Source: Naegleria gruberi (Eukaryota). From it: 64,000 bases of DNA. The notes under the pieces are model-generated. The model did no database searches and was not told where the DNA came from. It saw only the letters and a list, made by a program, of their open reading frames with translations. The stretch lies in the NCBI GenBank assembly GCA_000004985.1, contig GG738868.1. The stretch is one strand, 5' to 3'. Of this stretch, positions 12,010 through 23,078 are shown piece by piece; within the stretch, counting starts at the first letter, position 1; each line of letters starts with the position of its first letter. Both the position numbers and the translations under genes were made by a program.

Positions 12010-14410
12010 TTATTTAATGAACCCTTTTAATTGTTTGTAGGTCTTTGATACTCCTCTTATGGAAATAGAGGATTGTGATAATTTCAATGAAAATTTACCA
12101 ACCAAGTGACCAGTCATGACAATTTTATCTGGATTACGTCCATCAGTTTGCACAAATGGAACAAGATAACATTTGCCTGCTCTAAGAACTAATTCATCAG
12201 TGTAAGTGGAATTGTTACACTTAATAACCTTAGATTCAGATCCAGTTGCCACCACCACATCATTCTGAACAACAATGAAAGAGAAGAAGGTTGGTTTGGC
12301 TTGCCCTATATCCTTTCTGAAACGTTTTCCAAGTTGATGAAGACCAAAGTAGGCATCATGTTGATTCTCTCCAATGTCTACACAAATTACAGGATATGAA
12401 GAAGAATCCTGAACAGGAAAGCTTTGCATTGGTACTGAAATATCTGATCTGAAATAAGATGGTTCATATCTACAAAGTGAAATAGTATCAAACCAACTCA
12501 AAAAATCATTAAAAGACATAAAGAAACGTCCATCATCAGCATCACTATAACCAGCCTCTCTCTTCATCTCAACAGTCCAACTATGGAAATTGGTTAATTG
12601 AATCTTGAAAAAAGTTAACTTACTTTGGATCTCGGTCACTCCAAGCTCCTGTCCATTCTCCTTTACCCCAAGGATTTCTTATGTACACTAATTTGAGGTT
12701 TCTCACTTCCTTACATGCAAGGAAAGCATACGCATGGTTTGCAACAAGACCCATCTTGTTACATCCATTATCATCATCTATTGTACTGCAACAGATAAAG
12801 TTATTCTTCTTTACAGCATCAATCAATTGCTTCCACAATTGATCCTTATTCTTTTGATTCTTTACAAAAATATTATGAGATGGATAACCTGTTAACAATT
12901 CAAAAGCCTCAATTGGGTTACCTCCTTCAATATTCAAGTAATACCCACATACTTTAGAGTAGGCTTTTTCAAGTGCAATAACCCACAACTCTGGAGACTT
13001 GTTATATGCAAATAGAGGCGTTCTAGTTCCATTTCTAACTGGGAAGTAATCATCAATGATGACCTTTCTGAACTCACCCCCTATACAAAGATTCAACTCA
13101 TAAATACCCACTGGATTCATTATTTTGGTAGAGAACAATCTTTCAATGAGGATTGGTTCTCTGGCTATGCACGAGAGAGCTGACAAGAAGTAGCAATCTC
13201 CAAGCGATCCCTGTTTAATATCATCAGGCTCAATACCATCGTGGAAAAGAGCAAACTTGGGACCAAGCATTTCTGGAGCTCTCATAAATGTGCACTCTGG
13301 ATAACTCTTTTGATTAGGACCCAATATCGATTTTGCATTTGGAGGAAAGTCAGCATCATTAAATGGTACTCCAGCATTAATTGCATTTATAACTTGCTTA
13401 CTGATAACTCTGAGTGTAGCAAAACTTTCCAAAGCTTTTCTGATGTTGTCATTCTTTTGACTATTGTCCAAAATTTCACCATATCTACACTCTGAAATGA
13501 AAGCAGAAAATTCCTTGTCTTCTCTCAATGAATTGATTCTTTGGTCCATAGCATGAGCTTCATTGTACATAATTTCGGCAATCTTCTTCTGAATGCCTGA
13601 ATATCTCTTTACCAACAATCTCATAGCCGTGAATCTTTTTCTATCTATATATTCCAAGTGTGATAAAATATTTCCTAGATACATGTCAAATGTTTCCTTT
13701 TCCGTATAATATTCCTTAATTGCTTGATTGTTTTCCTGTTCAATCTTAACAAGCTGCCTTTCACAATCTTTAATAGTATTTTCTAGCTGTCTTGTCTCAT
13801 CTTCTGTAAGTGATGGATTGCTCTGCAATTCAGTCGTTGAATCTTGAAGAAGAATTTTATGTTTGAAAGCCTTATTTTTCACTCCATCCAATTTCTTTAT
13901 ACATTTTTTCAATCTAGCATGACATAGAGCTTCTTCTTTCTTGGCGGTCTTAATATGTTTTAGCAAGTCTTTCTTCAATTGAGTCAAATCAACATTAACC
14001 ATATGAAAATCATTATCTGTTTTTTTATATTCTTCACCTAGGTTCCCAAGACTAGCAGCTAATTTGTCAAAAACACCATAATCTTCACTGTTATGATGAT
14101 TGAACAATCATGCATTTCAATTATAAAAATAACAGATTAAAGAATTAGCATTAACTACTTACTCTATTCGACTTTGTACCTTTATGAGAGATATTTGATG
14201 GTATTCATTGGCCATGTTCTTGTACATCTTTTTTGTTTTCTCTACAATCTTATGAAAATGCCCGATTTCTACCAAGTATTTATTCAATTGCTGAATAACC
14301 TCAGGAAATTTATCTTTCAAAGCGAGGGAGTAGGGCGTATTAGAGCCACTATCGAAATCAACATTCGGTTCAACAGCATACAACTGCGGTTTTGCCATGA
14401 CTGCACCCAT
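12010..14410 (-). CDS. Calpain-like cysteine protease (CysPc plus domain-III-like) with an approximately 330-aa N-terminal coiled-coil/BAR-like extension and a predicted N-myristoylation start
   Basis: Three exons: 14163-14410 (MGAVMAKPQLYAVEP...VQSRI), 12624-14087 and 12010-12580. Introns at about 14088-14162 (75 nt, GTAAGT...AACAG) and about 12581-12623 (43 nt, GTAAGT...CCATAG). The catalytic core carries the Cys motif (QGSLGDCYFLSALSCIA), the His region (GLVANHAYAF) and the NPWG motif. The post-splice junction DPN-WTVEMKREAGYSDADDGRFFMSFNDFLSWF matches the canonical calpain end of domain II. The domain-III-like C-terminus follows. Confidence 0.8.
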
Positions 14411-14513
14411 TTTTTTTAATTGGGGAAAACAAAAACGGGAGCAACCAGACTGTTCATTAAGGAAGGGTTTCTAATTCGGCCACAAATCGCCTTTGATTTT
14501 TTACCGTATGTCG

Positions 14514-14749
14514 AGGATCATTATAAGGGGTTATATAAAGAGAACTTTTTTCTAAAGGCATTCAACGGATTTAATTTTATGCAAGCGTTTTTTAAGTATA
14601 ATTCATACTGTTTGATTTCAATACTATGATACTGACCTAATAGCGAAATATCTTGATTGTCAAATATCATGTCAGATTGATAACGTTCGTACCCGCGTAC
14701 AATGATTATTACAATGGTAAAAACCGTCGAGGATCATATTAATAAGGTG
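14514..14749. repeat. Pair of roughly 26-bp imperfect direct repeats (ccgt(atg)tcgaggatcat(t)ataa(t)aagg) spaced about 210 bp apart in the calpain/alpha-SNAP intergenic region
   Basis: Copies at about 14514-14530 and 14724-14749. Relatively GC-rich islands in an AT-rich spacer. Confidence 0.3.
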
Positions 14750-14786
14750 TTTAAAATACTATAAATTTATTTAGTTTGTACAAAAA

Positions 14787-15680
14787 TTATGTGAGATCGA
14801 TAGTCTTGATCTTATCCTTGATCTGGAGGAAAAGATTGGTCTTCCATGTATCTAATTTTTGGATCTTGTCGAAATCTCTTAAAGTAATAGTATATGTCTT
14901 TACATTCTTCTCTTCACAGGCATCTGCAAGTTTTTCAATTAATTTACATTCGAGAGAATCACCAAAGTGAACGTCCATGTCCTTGTATTCGGAAATCTTA
15001 TTTCTAACTTCATTAATATCCTCTGGTTCACATTCTTCCAACTTGGCCATGATACAAATCAATGCCTTGAATAAATATTCCTTTGCTCCCCATTTCAATA
15101 ATCTGTCATCAACAGCTGCTGAAGCAGCCTTTTCAAAATGTTCAATAGCCTCATCAAACTTTCCCATAACAGCTTGTAAGTGAGCCAATTTTACAATACA
15201 TTGATTAGCACTACTCTTTTGATCTTCGGAAAGGAAATAATCAGCAGCAGAAGAATAGTGATTACAAGCATTTTCATAATCTTCGGCTTCTTCTAATACT
15301 TCAGCCATTTCCTTTTCATATTTTGCAACTGTGGCAAATTTACCAGCTTCGGTAAATAAACCTATTGCTTCATTAATACATTCGGTTGTTTCTTGTTTGA
15401 GTCCGGCTTGTTTATAACAATTTGATGCATCAATAGCAACGGTGGCAGCTTCATATTTACTACTCATCTTGAGCAAAAGAGGAACCATCTTTCTGAAAGT
15501 ATCTCCGGCCTCCTTCCAAGCTTTAGCAACCTTGAATTTATTAGCAGCAGTTCTATAGGCTTCACAGGCATCATCATTTCTGCTACCCAGATAAATGAAT
15601 TTGGTCAAAATACTGTCTCCCTTCTTGCAAAGCTCCATTGCTTGAGCGACGTTTGCTTCCTTCAATGAACCACTACTCAT
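14787..15680 (-). CDS. Alpha-soluble NSF attachment protein (alpha-SNAP / Sec17)
   Basis: The 297-aa single-exon ORF aligns along its whole length with alpha-SNAP (KEAGDTFRKM..., ECKLIEKLADACEEKNVKTYT, DTWKTNLFLQIKDKI). ATG at 15678-15680. Confidence 0.85.
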   Translation of the reverse strand: MSSGSLKEANVAQAMELCKKGDSILTKFIYLGSRNDDACEAYRTAANKFKVAKAWKEAGDTFRKMVPLLLKMSSKYEAATVAIDASNCYKQAGLKQETTECINEAIGLFTEAGKFATVAKYEKEMAEVLEEAEDYENACNHYSSAADYFLSEDQKSSANQCIVKLAHLQAVMGKFDEAIEHFEKAASAAVDDRLLKWGAKEYLFKALICIMAKLEECEPEDINEVRNKISEYKDMDVHFGDSLECKLIEKLADACEEKNVKTYTITLRDFDKIQKLDTWKTNLFLQIKDKIKTIDLT

Positions 15681-15849
15681 TTTTTATATTATTAATTTAT
15701 AATAAAAACAAAACGGATAAAATTATTAGATGAGGTCATTTGGTATTCGTTGGAAAGCGGATGATGAAGTAATTACATCAGCAACACAATTTTTTGAAAT
15801 TGAAGATAGTCTTTTACTCTGCTTCAATACTGATAGTTTGTTGTTTGAA

Positions 15850-15864
15850 TTTTCCGCCAATTAA
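15850..15864. promoter_or_regulatory. Second copy of the TTTTCCGCCAATTAA element, in the divergent promoter between alpha-SNAP and the Pro-rich gene
   Basis: 14 of 15 positions identical to the element at 2739-2755. Lies about 175-185 bp from both flanking start codons. Confidence 0.3.
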
Positions 15865-16034
15865 TATCGTTACATTTTATGAATAAAAATCATCTAAAAA
15901 AAATATTCAACCTCGTTTGCTTCTCTCTTCTTTCATATTAAGATTCTGAATCACAATCTTATTAGTTGCAGCGACGGTCCTTCATCATCATCATCAACAT
16001 TATTAATTTGCTATTGGATTTCAAATAATTAAGG

Positions 16035-16946
16035 ATGAATGGAATTTCCAACATCTTTGATGCTTCAGAGATGTGGACTGACGACGACTTGAATCTCTTC
16101 CTTAATTTACAAACACCCATTCACAAGAAGAAGGATGATCTTTTATTTCCTCACGATGATTTAGAAGGTACAGGTCTCTCCGATTTATCGATTTCTCCTT
16201 TAATTCCAATAAGAGGAGTAGCAAAACCATCCTGTCCTTCATCAACTTTAAATGCTCCTTCCGTTTCTAATTCCTCGAATATGAGTCTCAAACCATTTCC
16301 AACCAAAGAAGTAACAAATTCCACTACCAATTGTAAAATTAATAAGAATGAAACAAATGTGTGTCAACCACCAATGAATACAACTCGACCACAGGAAATT
16401 ATTTCAAAACCAAGCTCACAAACAAGTGCCACCACCAAACAAAATGATGAGAATATCAAACCTAACAAGTCAATGAACAACAAGCCAGTACCTCCCCCAA
16501 CTACACAAAACGAAACGAAAGCAATCAAACAATTGAGAGTTAATGAGCCTCAGGCCACTAAGAAACCAACCTCCCCACCAAAGAAACCTAAACATCCAAA
16601 GCAGAAGAATATCACAACTTCAACCACACAACCACCACCAAAAATCAATAAGCCAAAAAAGCAAATACTTCCCTCACCAATACCACTTCTAACCAAGAAT
16701 CAAAGTGTTCCTAATCTACCACCTAAACCCTCCATTTCAATTACACCTCCACAAATCCAACCAATTCCGATTATAAAACAGGAAGAAACAAAACAAGATC
16801 CAAATCAACCACCTCCTCTACCAAATCTTCCTCCTCAACAATTAATTCTAAAGCTATTTGAAGAAAAGCAAAAACGTTTCTTCAACAGTTTTGAGGACGA
16901 TTCTCTTTTATTAATTGATTTCATTTCCAATTATTCAGTTTTGTAA
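16035..16946 (+). CDS. Hypothetical proline/Ser/Thr-rich low-complexity protein
   Basis: A 303-aa ORF in AT-rich DNA with P/K/T/Q-rich composition and no recognisable domain. It sits in a divergent promoter arrangement with the alpha-SNAP gene. Confidence 0.4.
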   Translation: MNGISNIFDASEMWTDDDLNLFLNLQTPIHKKKDDLLFPHDDLEGTGLSDLSISPLIPIRGVAKPSCPSSTLNAPSVSNSSNMSLKPFPTKEVTNSTTNCKINKNETNVCQPPMNTTRPQEIISKPSSQTSATTKQNDENIKPNKSMNNKPVPPPTTQNETKAIKQLRVNEPQATKKPTSPPKKPKHPKQKNITTSTTQPPPKINKPKKQILPSPIPLLTKNQSVPNLPPKPSISITPPQIQPIPIIKQEETKQDPNQPPPLPNLPPQQLILKLFEEKQKRFFNSFEDDSLLLIDFISNYSVL

Positions 16947-17073
16947 AATAAAATCTCCCGCCAAATCGTTACTGAAAAAAACAAATCCAAAAAAAATTCC
17001 TCAATAACTCTCTCCCTGTAAATTATATCATCATCAAAATCTATTATTCCAACTCATCACCTTCTAAAATACA

Positions 17074-17922
17074 ATGAAGCGAACAACAGGACTTACAAGG
17101 GGGCAATCAACAGGTGAATTAGTAAACAAACAAATGGTTAATAAGGAATTGGAAACTTTGATGAGCAATACGGCAGCAGCAAAGAAAGAGAACGCTGCTC
17201 AAGCACTCTTGGAAACGAAAAGAAAAGCCACATTGAAGGAATCAACAGATAAGAAAAAGCTTGCACTCCACTATCCCAAATACAAAAAGCAAGGCTTTAC
17301 TCATACAGATTTGAGAACAAACGAAGAGTTTGCAATGCAGCAACAACAGCAACAGCAACAACAAATGCCAGAAAATCTAGAGGAAGATGCTGAAATAACA
17401 GAAGAGGAAGAAGAAGTAATTGAGGATGTTGATGAGACTAGAGATTTTAACATTGATGAAACACTTCCTGAAGCTCTTATTATTTCAAAGAAGGAAGTTG
17501 AAGAAGCATTCAGATTCCTTGATGTCAGACAAAGAAAAAAACTCACTCCAAAAGATTTGAAAATGCGATTGAAATCCTTCTATCCAAATATGACAAACAA
17601 GGAGTACAAATTCCTCATTTCTGAACCAGAGTTTACCATGCAAACACTTCAACAAATTTTAAATATCGACACAAGAAATTCAATTTATGGATCCAATTTT
17701 TATAGAAGTTATGATCCTGTCAAGGAAGCTTTTAAAGTTTTTGATCCAAAAGATTCTGGATTTATTGATGAAAAACATTTGAAAGAAATTATGGAACAAT
17801 TAGGTTTGGGTCCAATTACTTTCGAAGATATGAAGGTACTGATCGAAATTGCAGATAAGGATGGAGATGGAAAAATTTCATTGGAAGATTTTAGAGATAT
17901 GACCAATTTGCCAGACAATTAA
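17074..17922 (+). CDS. EF-hand calcium-binding protein (Q/E-rich N-terminus, C-terminal EF-hand pair)
   Basis: EF-hand loops at FKVFDPKDSGFIDEKHLKEIM and IADKDGDGKISLEDFRDM. Contains a poly-Q run (QQQQQQQQQ). ATG at 17074. Confidence 0.6.
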   Translation: MKRTTGLTRGQSTGELVNKQMVNKELETLMSNTAAAKKENAAQALLETKRKATLKESTDKKKLALHYPKYKKQGFTHTDLRTNEEFAMQQQQQQQQQMPENLEEDAEITEEEEEVIEDVDETRDFNIDETLPEALIISKKEVEEAFRFLDVRQRKKLTPKDLKMRLKSFYPNMTNKEYKFLISEPEFTMQTLQQILNIDTRNSIYGSNFYRSYDPVKEAFKVFDPKDSGFIDEKHLKEIMEQLGLGPITFEDMKVLIEIADKDGDGKISLEDFRDMTNLPDN

Positions 17923-17923
17923 A

Positions 17924-18721
17924 TTATTTTACGAGATTTTCCTTAGCAAATCCAAGAAGATATCCTGAATATAAGCTATGGAATGGTGTAAATGCTCTCG
18001 TTATCAAATCTGTCTCTAAAACAGCACTTCCAAAATGTACTTCATTCTTGTTTTTTTCATTTTGTCCAACAGCAAACCACGTCAGGGTTTTCAAATCTGA
18101 TTCAAGTAAAATTTCCTCTTCATTTCTCTCAATAACCTGAAATATTCCAACTCTATCACCTACATTGAATTTCATTTTCATAATTTCCTCCTTTGATAAA
18201 TTATTCTTATTCGGAGCAACCAAAGATAACAGAACTCTCTCAGGTGTAAATGCTTTGGATGTGAAAAATGATTTGGCAAAATCATTAACATTTGTTCTAT
18301 AATTCTCTCGTTCAATAATTGAATAATAATGGTCAAAGTGAGATGTCTCGTTGGCATTCTTTTGTTTATAATTATTCATGAGTGATGTTTTTACAAATTT
18401 AATATTTTCCAATTTTTCATGTTCCGATACAGTGTTGTTAGATGACAATGATGGTTCATCACCACTAACCATTTTAACTTGAAACCTCTGATGAATATAA
18501 TAACAATGGAGAGAGTAGAGCGAGAAAATTCCTCCACCCAACAACATCGGTTTTCCCCAGTTATTCCAAAAGGACATTTTTTCTAAATTTTGAATTGGAT
18601 GACAATTTGAAAATAAACTTACAAATACCACAAGAAATTGTATCAAAGAAGGTTTACTTTTTTTACTTTTACATCCTTTCTGGTCTGAGTCAAAGCTGGA
18701 ATATCTATCTGTAACCATCAT
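17924..18721 (-). CDS. Hypothetical protein with an N-terminal membrane anchor
   Basis: A 265-aa ORF with a hydrophobic segment (LIQFLVVFVSLF ... MLLGGGIFSLYSL). Its stop codon lies 1 bp from the stop of the convergent EF-hand gene. No confident domain assignment. Confidence 0.4.
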   Translation of the reverse strand: MMVTDRYSSFDSDQKGCKSKKSKPSLIQFLVVFVSLFSNCHPIQNLEKMSFWNNWGKPMLLGGGIFSLYSLHCYYIHQRFQVKMVSGDEPSLSSNNTVSEHEKLENIKFVKTSLMNNYKQKNANETSHFDHYYSIIERENYRTNVNDFAKSFFTSKAFTPERVLLSLVAPNKNNLSKEEIMKMKFNVGDRVGIFQVIERNEEEILLESDLKTLTWFAVGQNEKNKNEVHFGSAVLETDLITRAFTPFHSLYSGYLLGFAKENLVK

Positions 18722-18734
18722 ATTTCGTTCTATT

Positions 18735-20460
18735 TCATTCTCTATTATTCACAATACTCAATATTTTCCCTGCTAATTCAGTCATATTTGAAGAAGTTGA
18801 GGACATTATTCCTTCAATAGTTCCAATGACTCCATAATCTTTGATGGATTGGATTACTGTTTCCTTGAAACATGAATTCAAAAGTTCCACAAGTCCTTTC
18901 AAACACATAGGAATATATAAATTATCAGTAATCATTCCTTGATGGAATACTTCAACAACACCTCTATCGAGTAAATATTGTACAACTGTCCCATTTGGCA
19001 AACTACAAATATTTCTCAAGACCCAAAAGGCCTCTTTTTTTACTGGGACAGGTGATTCGCTGTTATTGAGAATGTCAAAAGCTTGCTGAACTAATCCTGC
19101 ATCAATTGCCTTTTGCACTTGTGAAACAGTACCAGCAGCAATACTAGATAATATCCAAACAGCTTCCTTTCTCAATACCTGGTTAGAATGGTTGAGTAGT
19201 TGGGGTAGTGCCTCTAATAGACCTGATTCTATCACATTACTTATACTAGTAATGTAATTTCCAGATCTAATTGAATTTCCAAGAATACAAAGAGCAGGAC
19301 TGCATTAAGTTTAAATAAATGAATTCTCTTGTATACTTACATTTGCACAGTATAATTGCTACCGAGAAGGAGGAATGAAACCACTCTTTTGGTAACACCA
19401 GAATTTATGAACAATTCGTAAGCTGAGTCATACTGAGGTCTATCAAGTGTATGGGAGAGAGCCCAACAGGCATCAGTAAGAACTTGTTCGTCAGTCTGGT
19501 TCTGGATTAGGTCAATCAAAATTGGAAATACATCTTTGACATATTCTATTGATACACTTGGTTGACCTCCCATCATATTTGCCAATACCCATGTTGCTTA
19601 ATAAATGAATAAACGAATTATTGTCAATCATCATATTAACCTACCATTTCTTAAGAAACTTAATCGCTGGTTTGTTGGATTGTTGGTTTTAAAAAATGGT
19701 AATATTATTGATAGAGTTCCATGACTCAATACCAAATCTCTGGAACCTGCACTATCAGCACTAATATTTCCTAATGCCCAAACGCATTGGTCCACTAAAT
19801 CCGCACAACTTTCATTACATTCTATGAGTTTAAGGATTTTTTCAATACATCCCAATGAAATTACATGTTGAGTGTCTTCGGGTGATCCACTTAAAACATT
19901 GGTCAATGCCCATACAGCTTCGAATTGTAATAGATTCAAGCTGAATCTAGTAATAGTTTCAAGTTTCTGATTCACATTCGTCGTCATGTATTCCGAAATG
20001 TTAAAATATTTGACAACCTCCTGTTCGTCAATGAGTTTAGCTAGCATGGTGGTTATTCCAGCATCAATCACCTTTGTAATCAGTTGATTAGATATATTTG
20101 ACAAAATTCTCCTCACTGTAGTAGCATATTCAAATATAGTGCTAAACTTATTACCATCCAAATCAAGATAATAGCAAAAAATTCCTAAATTTCGCTCCGA
20201 GAGAGGTATATCTTTCCTGGTGAGTTCTCTAGAATTACAAAATCTAGCTCTTGATTTATACAATAAATTATTTCTAACTTTTTGTTTTTGTAACCAAATT
20301 TCCTTTCTGTATGTTAATTTTAGTTTTGTTTTAAGATGAATTGATTGATGATCTGTATTGGGGTTGTCTGTTAGAATTGCTTCCGATGTTGGTGTCTCAT
20401 TTTTTTTGTAAACAAGTTGTTTGTTTCGAAATGTTGCTTGATTAGTTTCAACTAACCAGA
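18735..20460 (-). CDS. Importin-alpha (karyopherin alpha) family protein, armadillo repeats; 5' end uncertain
   Basis: Exons 18735-19235, 19337-19585 and 19631-20263 carry ARM repeats with the canonical importin-alpha signature QFEAVWALTNVLSG (importin-alpha consensus QFEAAWALTNIASG), plus the later repeats DQCVWALGNISADS and LRKEAVWILSSIAAG. The frame stays open upstream of the listed TTG at 20263, with no in-frame start, consistent with an additional 5' N-terminal (IBB-region) exon or exons. Introns lie near 19236-19336 and 19586-19630. Confidence 0.7.
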
Positions 20461-20477
20461 GGAAATAATCATTTTAT

Positions 20478-21720
20478 TTACACCATACCACTTGCATTCA
20501 GGATTGATTGTTTACTTGAGAGAGATGCTTCCTCTTCCTTAGAAGATTCACCTCCCATTTTACCTGAAATATCTTTAATACTAAACAAAATGTGAGGTGG
20601 TATGTCTAGATTAATTTGCTCAAATGCAAAGTCCATATCCTGTGCAACACGGTTGAAAGCAGGAAACACAGACGACACCAGAGGGCTTCTAGCATTCACA
20701 GCAGTAGTAATCTTTCTTCTTTTTAAAGTATCACTGGGCAGTTTGAACCCGTAATGTTTCAACTTGAAGCTCTCCTCTGCTGTTAAGAATTTGGGTTTCT
20801 CCTGATCTGTTGCTCTAAAGTGTTTTGTTCTAAACAATCGTCCAATTTCATTTTCTATTATTGATTGTAACTTTTGATTTGAAAAATCTGCAGTTGTGAC
20901 ATAAGCAGCAACCATATACAATGCCTCAAAAAACATGGTCTCTTTAACTGTATCTCTGAAACGAAGATTATGAGGACTTCTAAATGTGTATTCCTGTAAA
21001 ATTTGAGAATATGCATAACTCAACTCGGTCAAATTATTAATACATTCTCGTTTAGCTTCTACCATAGGTTCATAATGTTCTTCAGTGAGTTTCAACTCGT
21101 ACTTTACTCGATATCTCTCATATTTTAAAATATTGGAAATATAAATAATGCATAAACTCAATAATCTATCGGACATCTCACTTGAAAGAAACTCCAGAAA
21201 CATTTCACAAAACTTGCTGTGATGTTCGAACGCCTTCTTCTTACTGAGAACAAATGTCCATGCTTCCACTGATTATTTCAGTTCAACAATAATGTTTCTA
21301 ATTCCTAATACTTACTCTTAGTTTTTTCCAAATTGAAAACCTTATTCTTTTTCGATTGTGATATCTTTGAATACTTCCCAGAGAGTACACTAGCTGTATA
21401 GGATGTTTGTGAAGCTGTTTCATCATTTGTCTTTCGATCAGAAGTTGCAAAGTCAGCATTCACTGTAGATTCTTGATTCTCTGGCACACTTGCCATTTTG
21501 ATAAGGTTTGATCTGTGCCTCATCGACATGGATTTAGATAAATGCGATAGAGATTCAGAAGCTGCAGTTCTTTTCAATTTACTAGAAGTGTTGTTGAGGT
21601 GAGAGTTGGAGAGGGCGTAATGCTATTACTGTTTTTCACTACTGGAGGAAGAGTTGTGGCTCCTCTCCCTGAATTTGCTGCTGAAGTCTCTTGTAGAATA
21701 TCCATAAATTCCGACATTTT
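20478..21720 (-). CDS. Hypothetical protein (three-exon model), possibly with a cyclin-like fold
   Basis: Exon 1 near 21720 (MENVGIYGYSTRDFSSKFRERSHNSSSSSEK). Exon 2 is ORF 21305..21577. Exon 3 is ORF 20478..21269. Introns of about 47-48 nt (GTAATA and GTAAGT donors) preserve the frame. No strong domain match. Confidence 0.4.
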
Positions 21721-22026
21721 CCATTCAATTTATTTTGATAAAATCTGATGACACAGAAGATGAATATTAAGGCTTGAAGAGAAATAAACTGTAAAGCGTG
21801 TTACGGCAGTTTTTTTTTAAAATGATGTCTCTTGAAGTGTAACGCCTACTTTTCTCTTGCACCCAAAGTAAGAATCAGTTTTAGCAGTTGTAGCTTTTAA
21901 TAGAACAATGAAAAAACTACGATTACGAATTAATGTATTTCAAAAAATTAAATTATTTAAAAAATTTGTAAAAAAATATTGAATATATAATAATTTTATT
22001 TTGAAATAAAATAATATATTAATTTA

Positions 22027-22755
22027 TTATTTATCTGCTAACCATTGTTCAATAAGATCCGAGTCCCACTTTGAAGGTTTTGACTTGGTTACAGAATCTC
22101 TCTTCGTCACTCGTTGATAATAATTCTGCAAATTATCAAAGCCCTTTATATCAAATCCATACCTCATCAAAATTGCAAGTAATGGATAGAAGGCACAATC
22201 AGCCAAACTCAATCTCTTACCACCAACCAATGGCCACAAGTAATCTTTCTGACTCAAGTACTCATTCCAGTGTTTCAATTCATCACGCATCTTCTTCTTC
22301 CACTGTTGAACACGAATCTTAAATTCCTTTGATTTTATAACATCTTGTTGATCCTTGATGAGAGCATCAATAATGTCCTTTGAGAAATTATAGGCATTCA
22401 AAGCTTCATGATACAATGAAAGAACTTCGGCATACTTTCCACGATCATTCTCAAAATCTGGCATGAGAGTATTGAATTGATCGGCATATGTTGTTTCCAA
22501 GTATTGCATAATAGCACCCTCTTCTACAATAATAGCTCCACCATCTTCAAGGACTGGTAATTCTTTCTTTGGATTAATGGTTGGATTGAGAGAGTGTTGA
22601 TTAAATTGATCATTCGATGATGGATCATTAATCACTAAAATATTATCATAGCCAAGATCTTTCTCTTCGAGTTGAAGTCTACATCTCCATCCAACAGCGT
22701 GAAGTGAAGGATTAGTTTTGGCCGAAACTATATATCTATAAACTTGAATGACCAT
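22027..22755 (-). CDS. Glutathione S-transferase family protein
   Basis: 242-aa single-exon ORF. GST N-terminal thioredoxin-like motif (LPVLEDGGAIIVEEGAIMQYLETTY) and a GST C-terminal helical domain. Confidence 0.65.
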   Translation of the reverse strand: MVIQVYRYIVSAKTNPSLHAVGWRCRLQLEEKDLGYDNILVINDPSSNDQFNQHSLNPTINPKKELPVLEDGGAIIVEEGAIMQYLETTYADQFNTLMPDFENDRGKYAEVLSLYHEALNAYNFSKDIIDALIKDQQDVIKSKEFKIRVQQWKKKMRDELKHWNEYLSQKDYLWPLVGGKRLSLADCAFYPLLAILMRYGFDIKGFDNLQNYYQRVTKRDSVTKSKPSKWDSDLIEQWLADK

Positions 22756-23078
22756 TTTTAATTGACTATTAGATGATGATAAATCTCCTCAATTTGTTAT
22801 TTCTACTTGTTAATATTAATATTCAATCGTGTACTCTGTGATTTGTATTACAACAATAACAAAGCAGACTTTTGATTATGTGGAGATGATGTATTTTTTT
22901 ATGATGATTGACAAGTTTCCTTCTCAATATTGAGCGTATCAGCAGCACTGAGAAAAAACCCATCAGGTACAAATTAAACTTTTTATTAATTGTTAATTTT
23001 GTTAGAATTAAAACTATTAAAAGAGAATTCCAATAACTTGATCTTACAAATACAAATTGTTGTTACCAATACATTTAT

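Noticed and set aside
14620-14700. tRNA-like GTTCG motif (gataacgttcgtacccgcgtac)
   Set aside because: It lacks the flanking acceptor-stem and anticodon-arm complementarity needed for a cloverleaf. I found no credible tRNA in the window.
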